59,778 nucleotides of DNA from a virus (Duplodnaviria > Caudoviricetes). The notes under the pieces are model-generated. The model did not search any database. It saw only the letters and a program-made list of their open reading frames with translations, and was not told the DNA's origin. Shown in pieces: positions 28,727 to 37,965 of the stretch (the first letter of the stretch is position 1; each line of letters begins with the position of its first letter). Position numbers and translations under genes: made by a program. Where the stretch lies: positions 1 to 59,778 of the IMG/VR virus record IMGVR_UViG_3300044624_002493. One strand, given 5' to 3'.

Positions 28727-29184
28727 TATTCAATCTCAGGTGGCGGCATGGCCTTTAATTTAGTCCACATTTCGCCTTGTTCCGTTAACTTAGCTTCTAA
28801 AGCACGATATTGTTCACCCAACTTGCGAAGTTCTTCCCATTCTGTTTCCAGCTCAGGATTTGGAACTAACATGTTTAATCGTTGTTCCAGAGCTTGAATT
28901 GTTTTTGAAAGACTTTTACCATTGATTTCAACATCAGCACCTTCACCGGTGAGTTTTAACCGTCCGGTTCCTGCAGGATCACTGGTAATGCCATTGCCCA
29001 ACCATGGACTGGCAGTGTTGGCCCAAGGACTGGAAAAGGTGGTTCCTGTGGTAAACGTCACGCCAGGTGCTGATATAGATCCACTATTAAGAACCGGGCT
29101 AATATTGGAAAAAGTGTAAGTAGGTGTACTAGCCGACTTATCATCGGCTAGTTCTTCCTTGGGTGGAAAAATTATATGACCCAT
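28726..29184 (-). CDS. Hypothetical protein with C-terminal coiled coil
   Basis: 152 aa ORF. Confidence 0.65.
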   Translation of the reverse strand: MGHIIFPPKEELADDKSASTPTYTFSNISPVLNSGSISAPGVTFTTGTTFSSPWANTASPWLGNGITSDPAGTGRLKLTGEGADVEINGKSLSKTIQALEQRLNMLVPNPELETEWEELRKLGEQYRALEAKLTEQGEMWTKLKAMPPPEIE

Positions 29185-29186
29185 TG

Positions 29187-29372
29187 TTACTTGGCGGCCA
29201 ATGCTTCTTTCTCTGCTGTGATTTCTTTGCGGCGCTCTTTAATGGCCTTGCTCATCTCTTGCAGGGCCTTGCGAGCACGTGCGGCCGAAGCTTTTACACC
29301 TTTGCTTGTAAATTTTTCATTTTCCGCGATGTATGTGTCGAATGCTGCTTTTAGTGTTTCATGATTGCTCAT
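29187..29372 (-). CDS. Small basic histone H1-like (Hc1-type) protein
   Basis: KGVKASAARARKALQE..K..KERRKEI; AAGGA SD; promoter TTGACA-N16-TATAAT at 29412-29439. Confidence 0.7.
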   Translation of the reverse strand: MSNHETLKAAFDTYIAENEKFTSKGVKASAARARKALQEMSKAIKERRKEITAEKEALAAK

Positions 29373-29444
29373 TTAATTTCCTTTATTATAAAGTGCCGTA
29401 GCACACTGTTAATTATATACTATTTGCCTAGTATGTCAAGAAAA

Positions 29445-29723
29445 TTAAAGGTTTATATGCCGTTTTGCCCAAGGATCCCATATGACCAAATTGTTCCAAC
29501 CATTTTCCCAGGTTACCATGAATAAACTCAAGGTATTGTGATCAAAAATATGCATACGGTTGTCTTCCACTCGGGCTTGTATGCTTCGGCTTGTGGTAAT
29601 CCATTTAGATAACTTGGTACGAGCATCTAGGTCACGCACAATTACAATGTATAAAGGATCACCGCTTTTAAATATTGGTAAGGTCATTCTAATGTAGAGT
29701 TTGATCGGTGGGCCTAGGCTCAT
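29445..29723 (-). CDS. Hypothetical protein
   Basis: 92 aa ORF; the true start may be the internal MTLPIF. Confidence 0.55.
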   Translation of the reverse strand: MSLGPPIKLYIRMTLPIFKSGDPLYIVIVRDLDARTKLSKWITTSRSIQARVEDNRMHIFDHNTLSLFMVTWENGWNNLVIWDPWAKRHINL

Positions 29724-29925
29724 TGATAGCTTCTACATACTTAGCAAAATCCTCATCAACTTCGACCAGCTGGTCGTCGTAGGTAGCAGACACTTCATTG
29801 CTTACTCCAAGAATACGCATGAGTCCGCCAAGGTGTATTTCCTTGATCCCGCAATCATACAACACCAACATAAGATTTAATATGTTCAGGCGAAGAGTTT
29901 CTTCTAATTTTAGATCGTCGAGCAT
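29689..29925 (-). CDS. Hypothetical protein
   Basis: 78 aa ORF; TAAATT lies 5 nt before the ATG. Confidence 0.6.
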   Translation of the reverse strand: MLDDLKLEETLRLNILNLMLVLYDCGIKEIHLGGLMRILGVSNEVSATYDDQLVEVDEDFAKYVEAINEPRPTDQTLH

Positions 29926-29943
29926 ATAATAATTTATCGTGAG

Positions 29944-29965
29944 AAAGCGGCCAAAGCCGCTTTTA
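29944..29965. terminator. Rho-independent terminator-like hairpin
   Basis: AAAGCGGC-CAAA-GCCGCTTT(T). Confidence 0.65.
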
Positions 29966-29985
29966 TTGCTTGGTCAAATCAACTG

Positions 29986-30354
29986 TTAGATACAGCTGGC
30001 GCCGTAACGGTTTTCGCCTTCGCTACTGGGTACAAACATGATGGCCAAACTGACAATCCATCCAACATATGGGATCAATGTCAGCAAAATCCATACTCCT
30101 GAATGACCAAAGTCACGAATTCGTTGACTACCGCTGGCCCAGCCGCTGACAAACACCGCAACAAATCCAGCCACTACTGCAATCAACAATAGATATGCCA
30201 AGGGTGCCACCGAAGCAATCATGGCTGTTGCAATCACGGCTACAATACTGAGGCCAATCAATGCGCCAATTTGTGACAGCAACAAATAAATGTAACTTTG
30301 ACGATTACGACGCCCTGAAAATTTAAACAGGTCTTGAAATACTGGCTTGCTCAT
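29986..30354 (-). CDS. DUF805 family membrane protein
   Basis: FSGRRNR, QRIRDFGHSG.W, IPYVG, GENRYG; AAGGAG SD. Confidence 0.85.
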   Translation of the reverse strand: MSKPVFQDLFKFSGRRNRQSYIYLLLSQIGALIGLSIVAVIATAMIASVAPLAYLLLIAVVAGFVAVFVSGWASGSQRIRDFGHSGVWILLTLIPYVGWIVSLAIMFVPSSEGENRYGASCI

Positions 30355-30374
30355 TTACTTCTCCTTGGTTAAAA

Positions 30375-30494
30375 ATATTTGTTTTGCTATCGGACTATTT
30401 GCTATAGATCATATGCATTACTCGAGTTTACATCTTATCTCTATAGTTACTCAGGCCTGATCAAGCCCATGGCTTCCAATAGCAAAACAAATAT
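30375..30494 (-). ncRNA. Candidate 120-nt rod-like structured RNA upstream of the DUF805 gene
   Basis: Perfect 16-bp terminal inverted repeat 30375-30390/30479-30494, extendable to 20 bp with a G-U pair on the minus strand, plus inner stems. Confidence 0.55.
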
Positions 30495-30521
30495 CAGGGG
30501 ACTTATGGTTGCCCCTGGGTA

Positions 30522-30851
30522 TTAGGCTGTTACTTTTTCTGCTTTGGCAGATGCCTTGACCTTTGCACCACTGACTTTTACTTCGCCTTTCTTAGCGAGC
30601 TTGGTCTTCTCAGCCAACTTGTTTGCTACTGCGTAACCAGCATCACCTTCAGTGATACCAACGCTTTGCAAATGTTGGAGAGCTTGCAATTTGGTCATTG
30701 GGCTTGGGAGCTCAATTAAATTGATTGCAGTGCAACCTGCCTTGTTCAAAATCTTAATACGAGCTACCAAATCGTTAGCGAAACGAGCCTTAACTGTGCC
30801 GTTGGGATTTGTTGCTGTACCTGCTACTGTAAATAATTTTTCTGTTGCCAT
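30522..30851 (-). CDS. Hypothetical basic protein
   Basis: 109 aa ORF; promoter TTGACA-N17-TATAAT at 30917-30945; hairpin at 30495-30516 just downstream. Confidence 0.75.
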   Translation of the reverse strand: MATEKLFTVAGTATNPNGTVKARFANDLVARIKILNKAGCTAINLIELPSPMTKLQALQHLQSVGITEGDAGYAVANKLAEKTKLAKKGEVKVSGAKVKASAKAEKVTA

Positions 30852-30979
30852 TTTGTGTTGCCTTTCTAAGTTGCCTTACTAGTTTAAATTAAAATTTACT
30901 ACCTACTACAATAACCATTATACTTGAAATCTGTTCGAATGTCAACCATAATTGCTATATTGGGTTTGCCAAAACGACA

Positions 30980-31105
30980 TTATTTGGCAGATTCTTTGCT
31001 CACGGCCTGCACATGATTCAGACCATTGTTGACCAAATTGATGGTTCCGGTGAGACCAATTGAGCCCACTATGAAACCAAAGATAAACACTGCAATAGTT
31101 TTCAT
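30980..31105 (-). CDS. Small membrane peptide (41 aa)
   Basis: Manual translation MKTIAVFIFGFIVGSIGLTG...; GGAGG SD; ATGA overlap. Confidence 0.55.
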   Translation of the reverse strand: MKTIAVFIFGFIVGSIGLTGTINLVNNGLNHVQAVSKESAK

Positions 31106-31758
31106 GCTGATACCTCCACAAGTTTGACACGGTTGAGTTGAGTGGCAGAATCAGTGTGTCGTTTGATGGTGCCACGTATATTTAGAGTACTTTCTGGGCG
31201 AATCTCTTCTCGATAAGCAAAGAACACCGCATGGTCGTCTGTGGTAACGGCTGACACAAACCATGTATTGTACTTGGCACTGTAATTGTTACGCACAACC
31301 TCTATGGCCAATTCGACCTTGTCACCCGGCTTGCCAACTAGTCCGTCGCAACGAGCTAGCCTAGCATCCACGGATTCTTTTTTCAATTGCTTGACATAAC
31401 TGTGTGGCATGGCTGTGATAACCGAAAAGTCATACATGCTGGTGATCCGGCTCAGATCACACACCCGGGCTGTAATTCGTGACCACTCACCCAGTTCGGA
31501 TCGAAGAGCTTGCAAGGTTACGGCTGCGGCCATATGTCTACGACAGTTCCGGGCCAGCTCGCGGTCGGCATCGGTAATCAACCCATCTTGATCCAATGCT
31601 CTACGCACAAGGTCACGGTTGGTAGGGCGAATCACTTGATCGCCAATCATTTCTGGCTCTTTGAGATAACCACCATTGATACGATATGCTGTACAGGCCG
31701 CTGACCAAACAAGATCTGCGTCTATAGCATCAATTGAGTCGCGGGTTTTCTTGCTCAC
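31102..31758 (-). CDS. Hypothetical protein, possible C-terminal OB fold
   Basis: 218 aa; C-terminal VGKPGDKVEL...IRGTIKRH....TQLNRVK. Confidence 0.7.
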   Translation of the reverse strand: MSKKTRDSIDAIDADLVWSAACTAYRINGGYLKEPEMIGDQVIRPTNRDLVRRALDQDGLITDADRELARNCRRHMAAAVTLQALRSELGEWSRITARVCDLSRITSMYDFSVITAMPHSYVKQLKKESVDARLARCDGLVGKPGDKVELAIEVVRNNYSAKYNTWFVSAVTTDDHAVFFAYREEIRPESTLNIRGTIKRHTDSATQLNRVKLVEVSA

Positions 31759-31919
31759 GCAGGTTCCTTTGTGGCGGCCATAAACACGTTGACTGCCAGG
31801 CGTTGCTCAACCGGCAAGGTACGATAGTTCCTGACCATCAACTCAATGGCACCAAGACTATCCGTACCATGGGCCACACTGTAGGTCATGATTTCTGCCA
31901 GAGCTTGATCTAGGGTCAT
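31755..31919 (-). CDS. Small hypothetical protein (54 aa)
   Basis: Manual translation MTLDQALAEIM...; coupled at both ends (TAATG, GTGA). Confidence 0.55.
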   Translation of the reverse strand: MTLDQALAEIMTYSVAHGTDSLGAIELMVRNYRTLPVEQRLAVNVFMAATKEPA

Positions 31920-32266
31920 TAGTCTAACCTTGATCCAGCATAGGCTGTAAAGCCGTATTTCTTGAACACTTGAGCGGCTGCTTCGGCGCCTGCTTCAAGG
32001 GTATCCACATTCTGCACCGGCATATCTGCTGGATTCCAGATTTGGTATGAACCGGTGTAGGATTTACGAATGCCTGCGGCCTTGAAAGCCTTGCCAAGAC
32101 GGGTGTTGCCTTTGACACCAAAAATGTCGACCCAGGCAAAACCACACGCAAATTGATCTACACCGCCCAACTTCTCCTGGAAGTATTTTTCGGCAGCTTC
32201 GCGGGCGGCCTGTTTGGCTTCGTTCACGATTGTATTAACTTGGATGATGTTGTTGATGTCAGTCAT
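31919..32266 (-). CDS. Hypothetical phage protein
   Basis: CGFAWV, EAGAEAAA, SRLD; GGAG SD before MTDINN. Confidence 0.7.
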   Translation of the reverse strand: MTDINNIIQVNTIVNEAKQAAREAAEKYFQEKLGGVDQFACGFAWVDIFGVKGNTRLGKAFKAAGIRKSYTGSYQIWNPADMPVQNVDTLEAGAEAAAQVFKKYGFTAYAGSRLD

Positions 32267-32267
32267 A

Positions 32268-32423
32268 TTAAACTCCACATGCGGTTAAAAAACGAGCCTG
32301 GTCAAATCTTGGGTTTACCATGGCAGCCACTTTGCAAAATGCAATTGCCACGGTTAATGCGTCTGCCTTGTTAGGCATTTGGCTGATTTCTTTTGCCATT
32401 GCTACAAAATGTTTTTTGGTCAT
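32268..32423 (-). CDS. Small hypothetical protein (51 aa)
   Basis: Manual translation MTKKHFVAMA...NPRFDQARFLTACGV; GGAG SD; promoter TTGACC-N17-TATAAT at 32455-32483. Confidence 0.7.
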   Translation of the reverse strand: MTKKHFVAMAKEISQMPNKADALTVAIAFCKVAAMVNPRFDQARFLTACGV

Positions 32424-32508
32424 TTTCTGCTCCGTTTTTCGACTGTATGTAACTATTATACCCTAAATGCCTTATTTGGTCAACCGGGCAGGTTAGTGCC
32501 CGCTAACC

Positions 32509-32781
32509 TCACATGGACCAATATGCTTCACTACTTGGGCTACAAAAACGTGGTGTATCGTAGCGTTCCTGATACTCTTTACCGCCCATGAGATTGGTAC
32601 GGGTCACAAAGGTTTCAAACAGTTTGACAACGAAACCCTGTGCAATCTTGTCCGATACCACCGTTTGGATATAATCCTGGGTAACTGGGCAGAAGTCCTT
32701 CTTCTCAACCAATCGTTGACCTTCTTTGATTCTGCGGTCTTTTTTGTAAATTTCTAAAGTGTATGCTGTAAGTTTGCTCAT
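32509..32781 (-). CDS. Hypothetical phage protein
   Basis: Ends NLMGG...DTPRFCSPSSEAYWSM; AGGAG SD; promoter TTGACC-N17-TATACT at 32812-32840. Confidence 0.7.
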   Translation of the reverse strand: MSKLTAYTLEIYKKDRRIKEGQRLVEKKDFCPVTQDYIQTVVSDKIAQGFVVKLFETFVTRTNLMGGKEYQERYDTPRFCSPSSEAYWSM

Positions 32782-32857
32782 TTTCTGCTCCTTGTTATTC
32801 ACTATAATGCTAGTATAACAAATCGGGCATTTTGGGTCAACCTTTTGGTAAACCCGT

Positions 32858-32882
32858 AAAAAAGCCCGTTTTACCGGGCTTT
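32858..32882. terminator. Rho-independent terminator
   Basis: AAAAAAGCCCG-TTTTAC-CGGGCTTT downstream of the GT4 gene. Confidence 0.7.
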
Positions 32883-32895
32883 AAATGTGTTGTTT

Positions 32896-33903
32896 TTATG
32901 CCACAGAACAGTCTACTAAGTTTTCCTCAAATATACGCCAACATTCGGCCCAGGTCCATTTTAAACTGGCCGTTTCCACATCCGCACGATCCAAGGTCAA
33001 GCACTGCTCCACTGCTAACCGTAAATGGTCATTTAGAAATCCAGTAAGTCCAGGTTCAACAATATCCTTGGGTCCAGGCACTGGATAAGCCGCAACCGGA
33101 GTTCCGCAGGCTAGTGCTTCGATATTGACCACACCAAAGGTATCTGCTCGACTGGCAAAAACAAACACATCGGCCTGGGCATAGTAACGAACCAAGTCGA
33201 TTCCTCGTTTGGCACCTGCAAAAACAATGTCAGGATACCGGCGTTCTAGTTCTCGTCGGTATGGACCATCACCTACTACAATTTTAGTAGCATTGGGCAT
33301 GTCTAACCGGCAAAAATCATCTAGGCCTTTTTCCACACTGACCCGACCAACACTTAATAATATGGGACGGCCTGCCACAGTTTCTCCACGATGAGTGCTG
33401 TTGAATATGGTTCGGTCTACTCCACGAGTCCACACACGCAAATTGTCAAACCCACGTACCAATAGGTCTTGCCGTATGCTTTCTGTAGTGACCAGTACCC
33501 GATGACTGTTTTTGTGGAACCAACGCAGATACCACCAGGTCCAGGACTCAGGCACATGATACATTCGTTTCAAAAACTTGGCAAAGTCTGTGTGGTAGCT
33601 GGTGTTGTAAGGAACATGATTGCGTTCGCACCACCAGCGGGCAAATAGGCCTACTGGTCCTTCGGTCGCAATGTGAATATACGACGGCTGTAGCGCCTTA
33701 ATTTTTTTGCTGATACCGTGCGGCCAGCACAGACGAACTTCAGCATAACCAGGGCAAGCAATATTAGGGAACTGCCCGGGATCAATATATACAATACGAT
33801 GCCCGTTGCTATCAGCGTGATCTTCCAGGTTTTTGAAAGTTGTGACCACGCCGTTGATTTGATCTGGGACATTGTCAGTTATTATTAAGATCGTTTTTGA
33901 CAT
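32896..33903 (-). CDS. Glycosyltransferase family 4 (GT-B)
   Basis: QINGVV, HIATEGPVG, SYHT, RGVD, VGRVSVEKG, DTFGVVNIEALACGTPV. Confidence 0.92.
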   Translation of the reverse strand: MSKTILIITDNVPDQINGVVTTFKNLEDHADSNGHRIVYIDPGQFPNIACPGYAEVRLCWPHGISKKIKALQPSYIHIATEGPVGLFARWWCERNHVPYNTSYHTDFAKFLKRMYHVPESWTWWYLRWFHKNSHRVLVTTESIRQDLLVRGFDNLRVWTRGVDRTIFNSTHRGETVAGRPILLSVGRVSVEKGLDDFCRLDMPNATKIVVGDGPYRRELERRYPDIVFAGAKRGIDLVRYYAQADVFVFASRADTFGVVNIEALACGTPVAAYPVPGPKDIVEPGLTGFLNDHLRLAVEQCLTLDRADVETASLKWTWAECWRIFEENLVDCSVA

Positions 33904-34058
33904 TTGGTGGTCACTCGGAAAGAATCAAATTTCAACCAGGACTGCACGGTAGACTGAGCCCGCACACATTCAGATTCGGTAGCAAACTCAATGCTTACTC
34001 TTCCTGGTATGTCGTTTGGATTGTTTATGTTCACTGCCAACAGTATCAGTATCCACAT
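33885..34058 (-). CDS. Small hypothetical protein (57 aa) overlapping both neighbours
   Basis: Manual translation MWILILLAVNINNPNDIPGRV.IEF.....C.......C; AAGGA SD. Confidence 0.5.
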   Translation of the reverse strand: MWILILLAVNINNPNDIPGRVSIEFATESECVRAQSTVQSWLKFDSFRVTTKCQKRS

Positions 34059-34812
34059 TGTCGTGTTCCTTGGTCCAGGTTACTATTTCCCATGTGCCTG
34101 AATGATGTTCAACCAAAGCAGTCATGCTTTCAACCCAGTCGCCATCATTCATATACATTATGCCATCTATCTCTTTGATCTCTGCGTGATGTATGTGTCC
34201 GCAGATAACCCCATCATAGCCACGCTTCTTGCAGTAGGTAGCAAGATTACGTTCAAACTGAAACAAAAAATCAGCGGCTTTTTTAACTTTGTATTTGAGA
34301 TATCGGCTCAGACTCCAATAACCAAAACCCATACGGTGGCGTAACCAATTAAATTTGCTGTTAAGGCCAAGCACAAAATCGTAGGCTTTGTCTCCAAGAA
34401 ACGCCAGCCACGGTGCCAGTCTAGTGATACCATCAAACAGGTCACCGTGCGTGACCAAGTAGTGTCGGCCGTCCACACCAATATGTTCTGCTTGATTTAC
34501 CACTTCAATTAGGCCAAAGCCAATGCCCAGGGGTATAAGTGGTCTTAAGAATTCGTCATGATTGCCGGCCACATAGATTACTCTGGTGCCGCGTTTGGCA
34601 TGTCCCATTACTCTGCGTATCACGTTGGTGTGGCTTTGTTTCCAACGCCATTTGTTTTGTTGTATTTTCCAGGCATCTATCACATCGCCAACCAAATACA
34701 AAGTTTCACAGGTGTTGTGTTTGAGAAAGTTGTTGAGTGCTTCGGCCTTGCAGTCACGTGTACCAAGATGCACATCACTAATTGCTATTGTCCGGTAGGT
34801 TTTCTCTGACAT
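33988..34812 (-). CDS. UDP-2,3-diacylglucosamine hydrolase-like (LpxH-type) metallophosphoesterase
   Basis: ISDVHLG, LVGDVID, GNHDE, HGDLFD, CGHIH, NDGDWVE. Confidence 0.88.
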   Translation of the reverse strand: MSEKTYRTIAISDVHLGTRDCKAEALNNFLKHNTCETLYLVGDVIDAWKIQQNKWRWKQSHTNVIRRVMGHAKRGTRVIYVAGNHDEFLRPLIPLGIGFGLIEVVNQAEHIGVDGRHYLVTHGDLFDGITRLAPWLAFLGDKAYDFVLGLNSKFNWLRHRMGFGYWSLSRYLKYKVKKAADFLFQFERNLATYCKKRGYDGVICGHIHHAEIKEIDGIMYMNDGDWVESMTALVEHHSGTWEIVTWTKEHDNVDTDTVGSEHKQSKRHTRKSKH

Positions 34813-34857
34813 ACAGTTATTTACTGCAATGCCAGAGAAAAAGATATTACACTTGTG

Positions 34858-35016
34858 TTACACCGTTATCAGTGTCCATTTGGTGTCAAATGATTTGCCT
34901 GCGGCCTTGTGCTTAACGATCTTGGCGAATTCCTTCCGGCGAAGTTTCTGCTGTTTCTCGGCGTCATGGTCGATACAGGCCCGGTAAACTTTGCGAACCA
35001 ATTTACTTTGTTTCAT
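34858..35016 (-). CDS. Small basic hypothetical protein
   Basis: MKQSKLVRKVY... with AGGAGG SD; shorter than the track ORF. Confidence 0.55.
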   Translation of the reverse strand: MKQSKLVRKVYRACIDHDAEKQQKLRRKEFAKIVKHKAAGKSFDTKWTLITV

Positions 35017-35090
35017 AACCCAATCCTCCTTCAGTAATAAAACTGTAACACAAGTATATATCACAAGTCAAACAGAAAATTGTGACAAAG

Positions 35091-35113
35091 AAAAAGAGCC
35101 CTTAGGGCTCTTT
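35091..35113. terminator. Rho-independent terminator
   Basis: AAAAAGAGCCC-TTA-GGGCTCTTT. Confidence 0.75.
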
Positions 35114-35158
35114 AGTACTGGTTACGGATCCAGTGATCACCTTATCTTGTGTCCGGTT
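35091..35158 (-). ncRNA. Candidate ~70-nt small RNA
   Basis: TAAATA (35163-35168), then a short stretch with no ATG, a hairpin ACUGG/CCAGU and the terminator. Confidence 0.4.
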
Positions 35159-35177
35159 GAGTTATTTACTGGTTATA

Positions 35178-35483
35178 TTATGACAATCGTATTACAGCCA
35201 TGAGAGCTTCGTCTCGATTCCAAAATGCCCAATACCAGCGTTGGTGTGTGTCTGTGTCCAAGAACACAGGTTCGGCACGATAATGTAAATCTCTAATGCT
35301 GTTGTCCATGGCTTCCCAGGTTGACCAGGCAAAACCACGATGTCCTACCCGTCGATTGCGATCTGTAGGATCTACAACCAAGACCGCGGCTGGTGGATTG
35401 TCGTAGTAACGATCCGTTTGCCGTTGTTTCTCGTAATAGGGGATGTGGCGTTCAAGCCACGTGGGCCAGTCTACAACTTGCAT
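35178..35483 (-). CDS. Hypothetical protein
   Basis: 101 aa ORF abutting the upstream gene. Confidence 0.6.
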   Translation of the reverse strand: MQVVDWPTWLERHIPYYEKQRQTDRYYDNPPAAVLVVDPTDRNRRVGHRGFAWSTWEAMDNSIRDLHYRAEPVFLDTDTHQRWYWAFWNRDEALMAVIRLS

Positions 35484-35684
35484 TCACTTGCGGCCCCAGG
35501 CAATGTGTGTCCAGAGTCGGTCGTACAGGTAGTAGGACGTCATCCAGACACAGTTTATTACAATAGTTGGAACAAGAGCTTCGTCAAGAGTTTTGCCGGT
35601 AAGCAACAACATCGTATAGGTGGTAAGGATCACCCAACACCGATAGATCACAGTCTTGACAAGAGTTCTTGTTCTAGTTTCCAA
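35484..35684 (-). CDS. DUF2061-like small membrane protein
   Basis: [14 protein letters not shown]...[14 protein letters not shown]. Confidence 0.7.
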   Translation of the reverse strand: METRTRTLVKTVIYRCWVILTTYTMLLLTGKTLDEALVPTIVINCVWMTSYYLYDRLWTHIAWGRK

Positions 35685-36125
35685 TTACTTGATGTCTTCC
35701 AAATGCGCTGTCAAGGTCTTGGTGAACTTGTTTGCGTGGCTACGCTCAGCCTTGGCCAAAGTCTCAAACCAGTCAGCGATTTCGTCAAAGCCTTCGTCGC
35801 GTGCAGTCTTGGCCATGCCTGGGTACATGTCGGTGTACTCGTGTGTCTCGCCTGCGATAGCACTTTCCAAGGCTTCTTTGACTGAACCAGCTGGAAGACC
35901 TGTTTCAGGATCGCCTGCACCACCTGTGATCAAATATTCCATGTGACCATGTGCATGGCCTGTTTCGCCTTCGGCTGTGCTACGGAATACTGCTGCTACG
36001 TCGCCTGCACCTGCCACGTCGGCCATGTTTGCGAAATACAAGTAGCGACGATTTGCTTTGCTTTCACCTGCGAATGCATCCTTCAAACAGATTTCTGTTT
36101 TGGTACCTTTTACTGATTTTGCCAT
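35685..36125 (-). CDS. Rubrerythrin (ferritin-like, no rubredoxin domain)
   Basis: [44 protein letters not shown]. Confidence 0.92.
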   Translation of the reverse strand: MAKSVKGTKTEICLKDAFAGESKANRRYLYFANMADVAGAGDVAAVFRSTAEGETGHAHGHMEYLITGGAGDPETGLPAGSVKEALESAIAGETHEYTDMYPGMAKTARDEGFDEIADWFETLAKAERSHANKFTKTLTAHLEDIK

Positions 36126-36237
36126 TTACTTCTCCTTTATAAAAAATTGGGGCTACTAGATAATAGTATACTATTATTTACTCTATAAGTCTACAATTCT
36201 TAATTGATTTTATCTATGGACCTACAAATATATTTTT

Positions 36238-37965
36238 ATGGAACCACCAACACCGGTAAGTACATGGCAAGGCAACTCAAGTAAGGCAACCATGAACAGC
36301 AGATACGACGAACTAGAAATCTTAATCTCTAAATTTACCAGAACACTACCACAACAGACCGAATACGCACAACGGCTAGAAGAAGAATTAGAAATTATAG
36401 CAAATCTCAACTTTGCACGACATTTCTTGCGTGTGCGTGAAATTCTTGATCTCACTCGCGACATACCACACATAACCCGCGGCTCAGCAGGATCATCATT
36501 GATTTGTTGGCTTATGGGCATAAGTGATGTTGATCCCATAGCAGAACGTATACCACTCAGCAGATTTATGAATCCCAAACGTGATGACTTGCCCGACATA
36601 GATCTAGACTTTCCACACTGGCAACAGATCACAGTGATGAACAGGATATTTAGACGTTGGCCTGGACAAAGTGCTAGAGTTTCAAACTATGTGATGTACA
36701 AGGAAAAATCAGCCCGACGTGAAGCGGCTAAACGCATGGGTGCCAAGGGCACACTGAAACGCAACTTTACTTTTGAAGATGTGGTGCCCGACTATGTGGA
36801 TGAAGCTGAACGCATCACACAAAAGCTCATGGGCAAGAAACGCTGTATATCAAAACACTGCGGTGGCATACTAATCTTTGACCGAGCTGTGCCCAAGAGC
36901 TTGATTAACGGCAATAATCAGATACTCCTGGACAAGCACGAAGTGGAAGATCTGGAACATTTCAAAATTGATATCCTGGCCAATCGTGGACTCAGCCAGT
37001 TGTGGGACATAGAACAGCGTGATTTGCTAGATTATCCTGAATATGACGAAGCCACAGCTGATCTCCTGTGCCGTGGAGATGTGTTGGGTGTTACCCAGGC
37101 CGAAAGCCCGGCCATGAAACGCCTGGTACGGGCTATACGTCCACGTACCCGTAGTGACTGTGTGTTGGCAACTGCCTTGATACGGCCGGTGGCTACCATG
37201 GGCCGACGCCGTGCATCAGCGTTTCAGGATTGGAGCACAGATCAATTACAAGACACCATAGTGTTCGAAGATGATGCCATACATTTGATATCGGAAATCC
37301 TGGGTTGTGATCAATACACCGCAGACATGTGGCGCAGAGCTTTTGCCAAAAAAAACGAAGAAAAAATATTTGAATTCATGGTGCTGGTTGGTGATCATCC
37401 CAAGAAAGATGAAATATTCCTGGCTCTGCGAGAACTCAGTCACTTTGGCTTGTGCCGTGCTCATGCTATCAATCTGGGCAGGCTGATCTGGGCCTTGGCC
37501 TATCAGAAAGCACACAATCCACAGCGATTCTGGGAAGCAGCCTTGCGCCACTGTCAAGGATCCTATTCACAGTGGGTCTACTGGCAAGAAGCCAAGTTGG
37601 CCGGCGCTGTTCCAGCCATCTCCGAAGGTGGTGAAGTGGCCGAACTGCGTGCCATGGGTCGATGGAGCAGCCATAGATTCATTCCGGCTTGCCAGGAACG
37701 TCGTGGTCCTGGCACTGTGGAGTTTTGTGGGCTAGTGGCCAACTATAGGGTGTTCAAGGCCGACCGCAAAAAATACATAACTTTTGTGACCTTAGGCACC
37801 GGTAACGGTCGTTACCTGGATGTAATCGTGCCGCACGCCATATCTTTCCATGATCAACCAATTCTTTGGGGTCAGGGCAAATTGGGGTACAAAAACAATT
37901 CAGAATATGTTACAGTATATAAACATAAAAAATTAGATCTCAAGGACATAGAACACTACCAATGA
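36238..37965 (+). CDS. Compact DNA polymerase III alpha-like (DnaE, C family) lacking the PHP domain
   Basis: RGSAGSS, RFMNPKR..PDIDLDF, HCGG, KIDIL, RAHA, C-terminal OB-like region; 575 aa. Confidence 0.85.
   Translation: MEPPTPVSTWQGNSSKATMNSRYDELEILISKFTRTLPQQTEYAQRLEEELEIIANLNFARHFLRVREILDLTRDIPHITRGSAGSSLICWLMGISDVDPIAERIPLSRFMNPKRDDLPDIDLDFPHWQQITVMNRIFRRWPGQSARVSNYVMYKEKSARREAAKRMGAKGTLKRNFTFEDVVPDYVDEAERITQKLMGKKRCISKHCGGILIFDRAVPKSLINGNNQILLDKHEVEDLEHFKIDILANRGLSQLWDIEQRDLLDYPEYDEATADLLCRGDVLGVTQAESPAMKRLVRAIRPRTRSDCVLATALIRPVATMGRRRASAFQDWSTDQLQDTIVFEDDAIHLISEILGCDQYTADMWRRAFAKKNEEKIFEFMVLVGDHPKKDEIFLALRELSHFGLCRAHAINLGRLIWALAYQKAHNPQRFWEAALRHCQGSYSQWVYWQEAKLAGAVPAISEGGEVAELRAMGRWSSHRFIPACQERRGPGTVEFCGLVANYRVFKADRKKYITFVTLGTGNGRYLDVIVPHAISFHDQPILWGQGKLGYKNNSEYVTVYKHKKLDLKDIEHYQ

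Noticed and set aside
30375-30494. Retron msr-msd (a1/a2 inverted repeats)
   Set aside because: No reverse transcriptase is in the window and the neighbouring genes are unrelated.
35061-35085. CRP-like site (TCACA...TGTGA)
   Set aside because: The half-sites are in the wrong order and 15 nt apart, not TGTGA-N6-TCACA.
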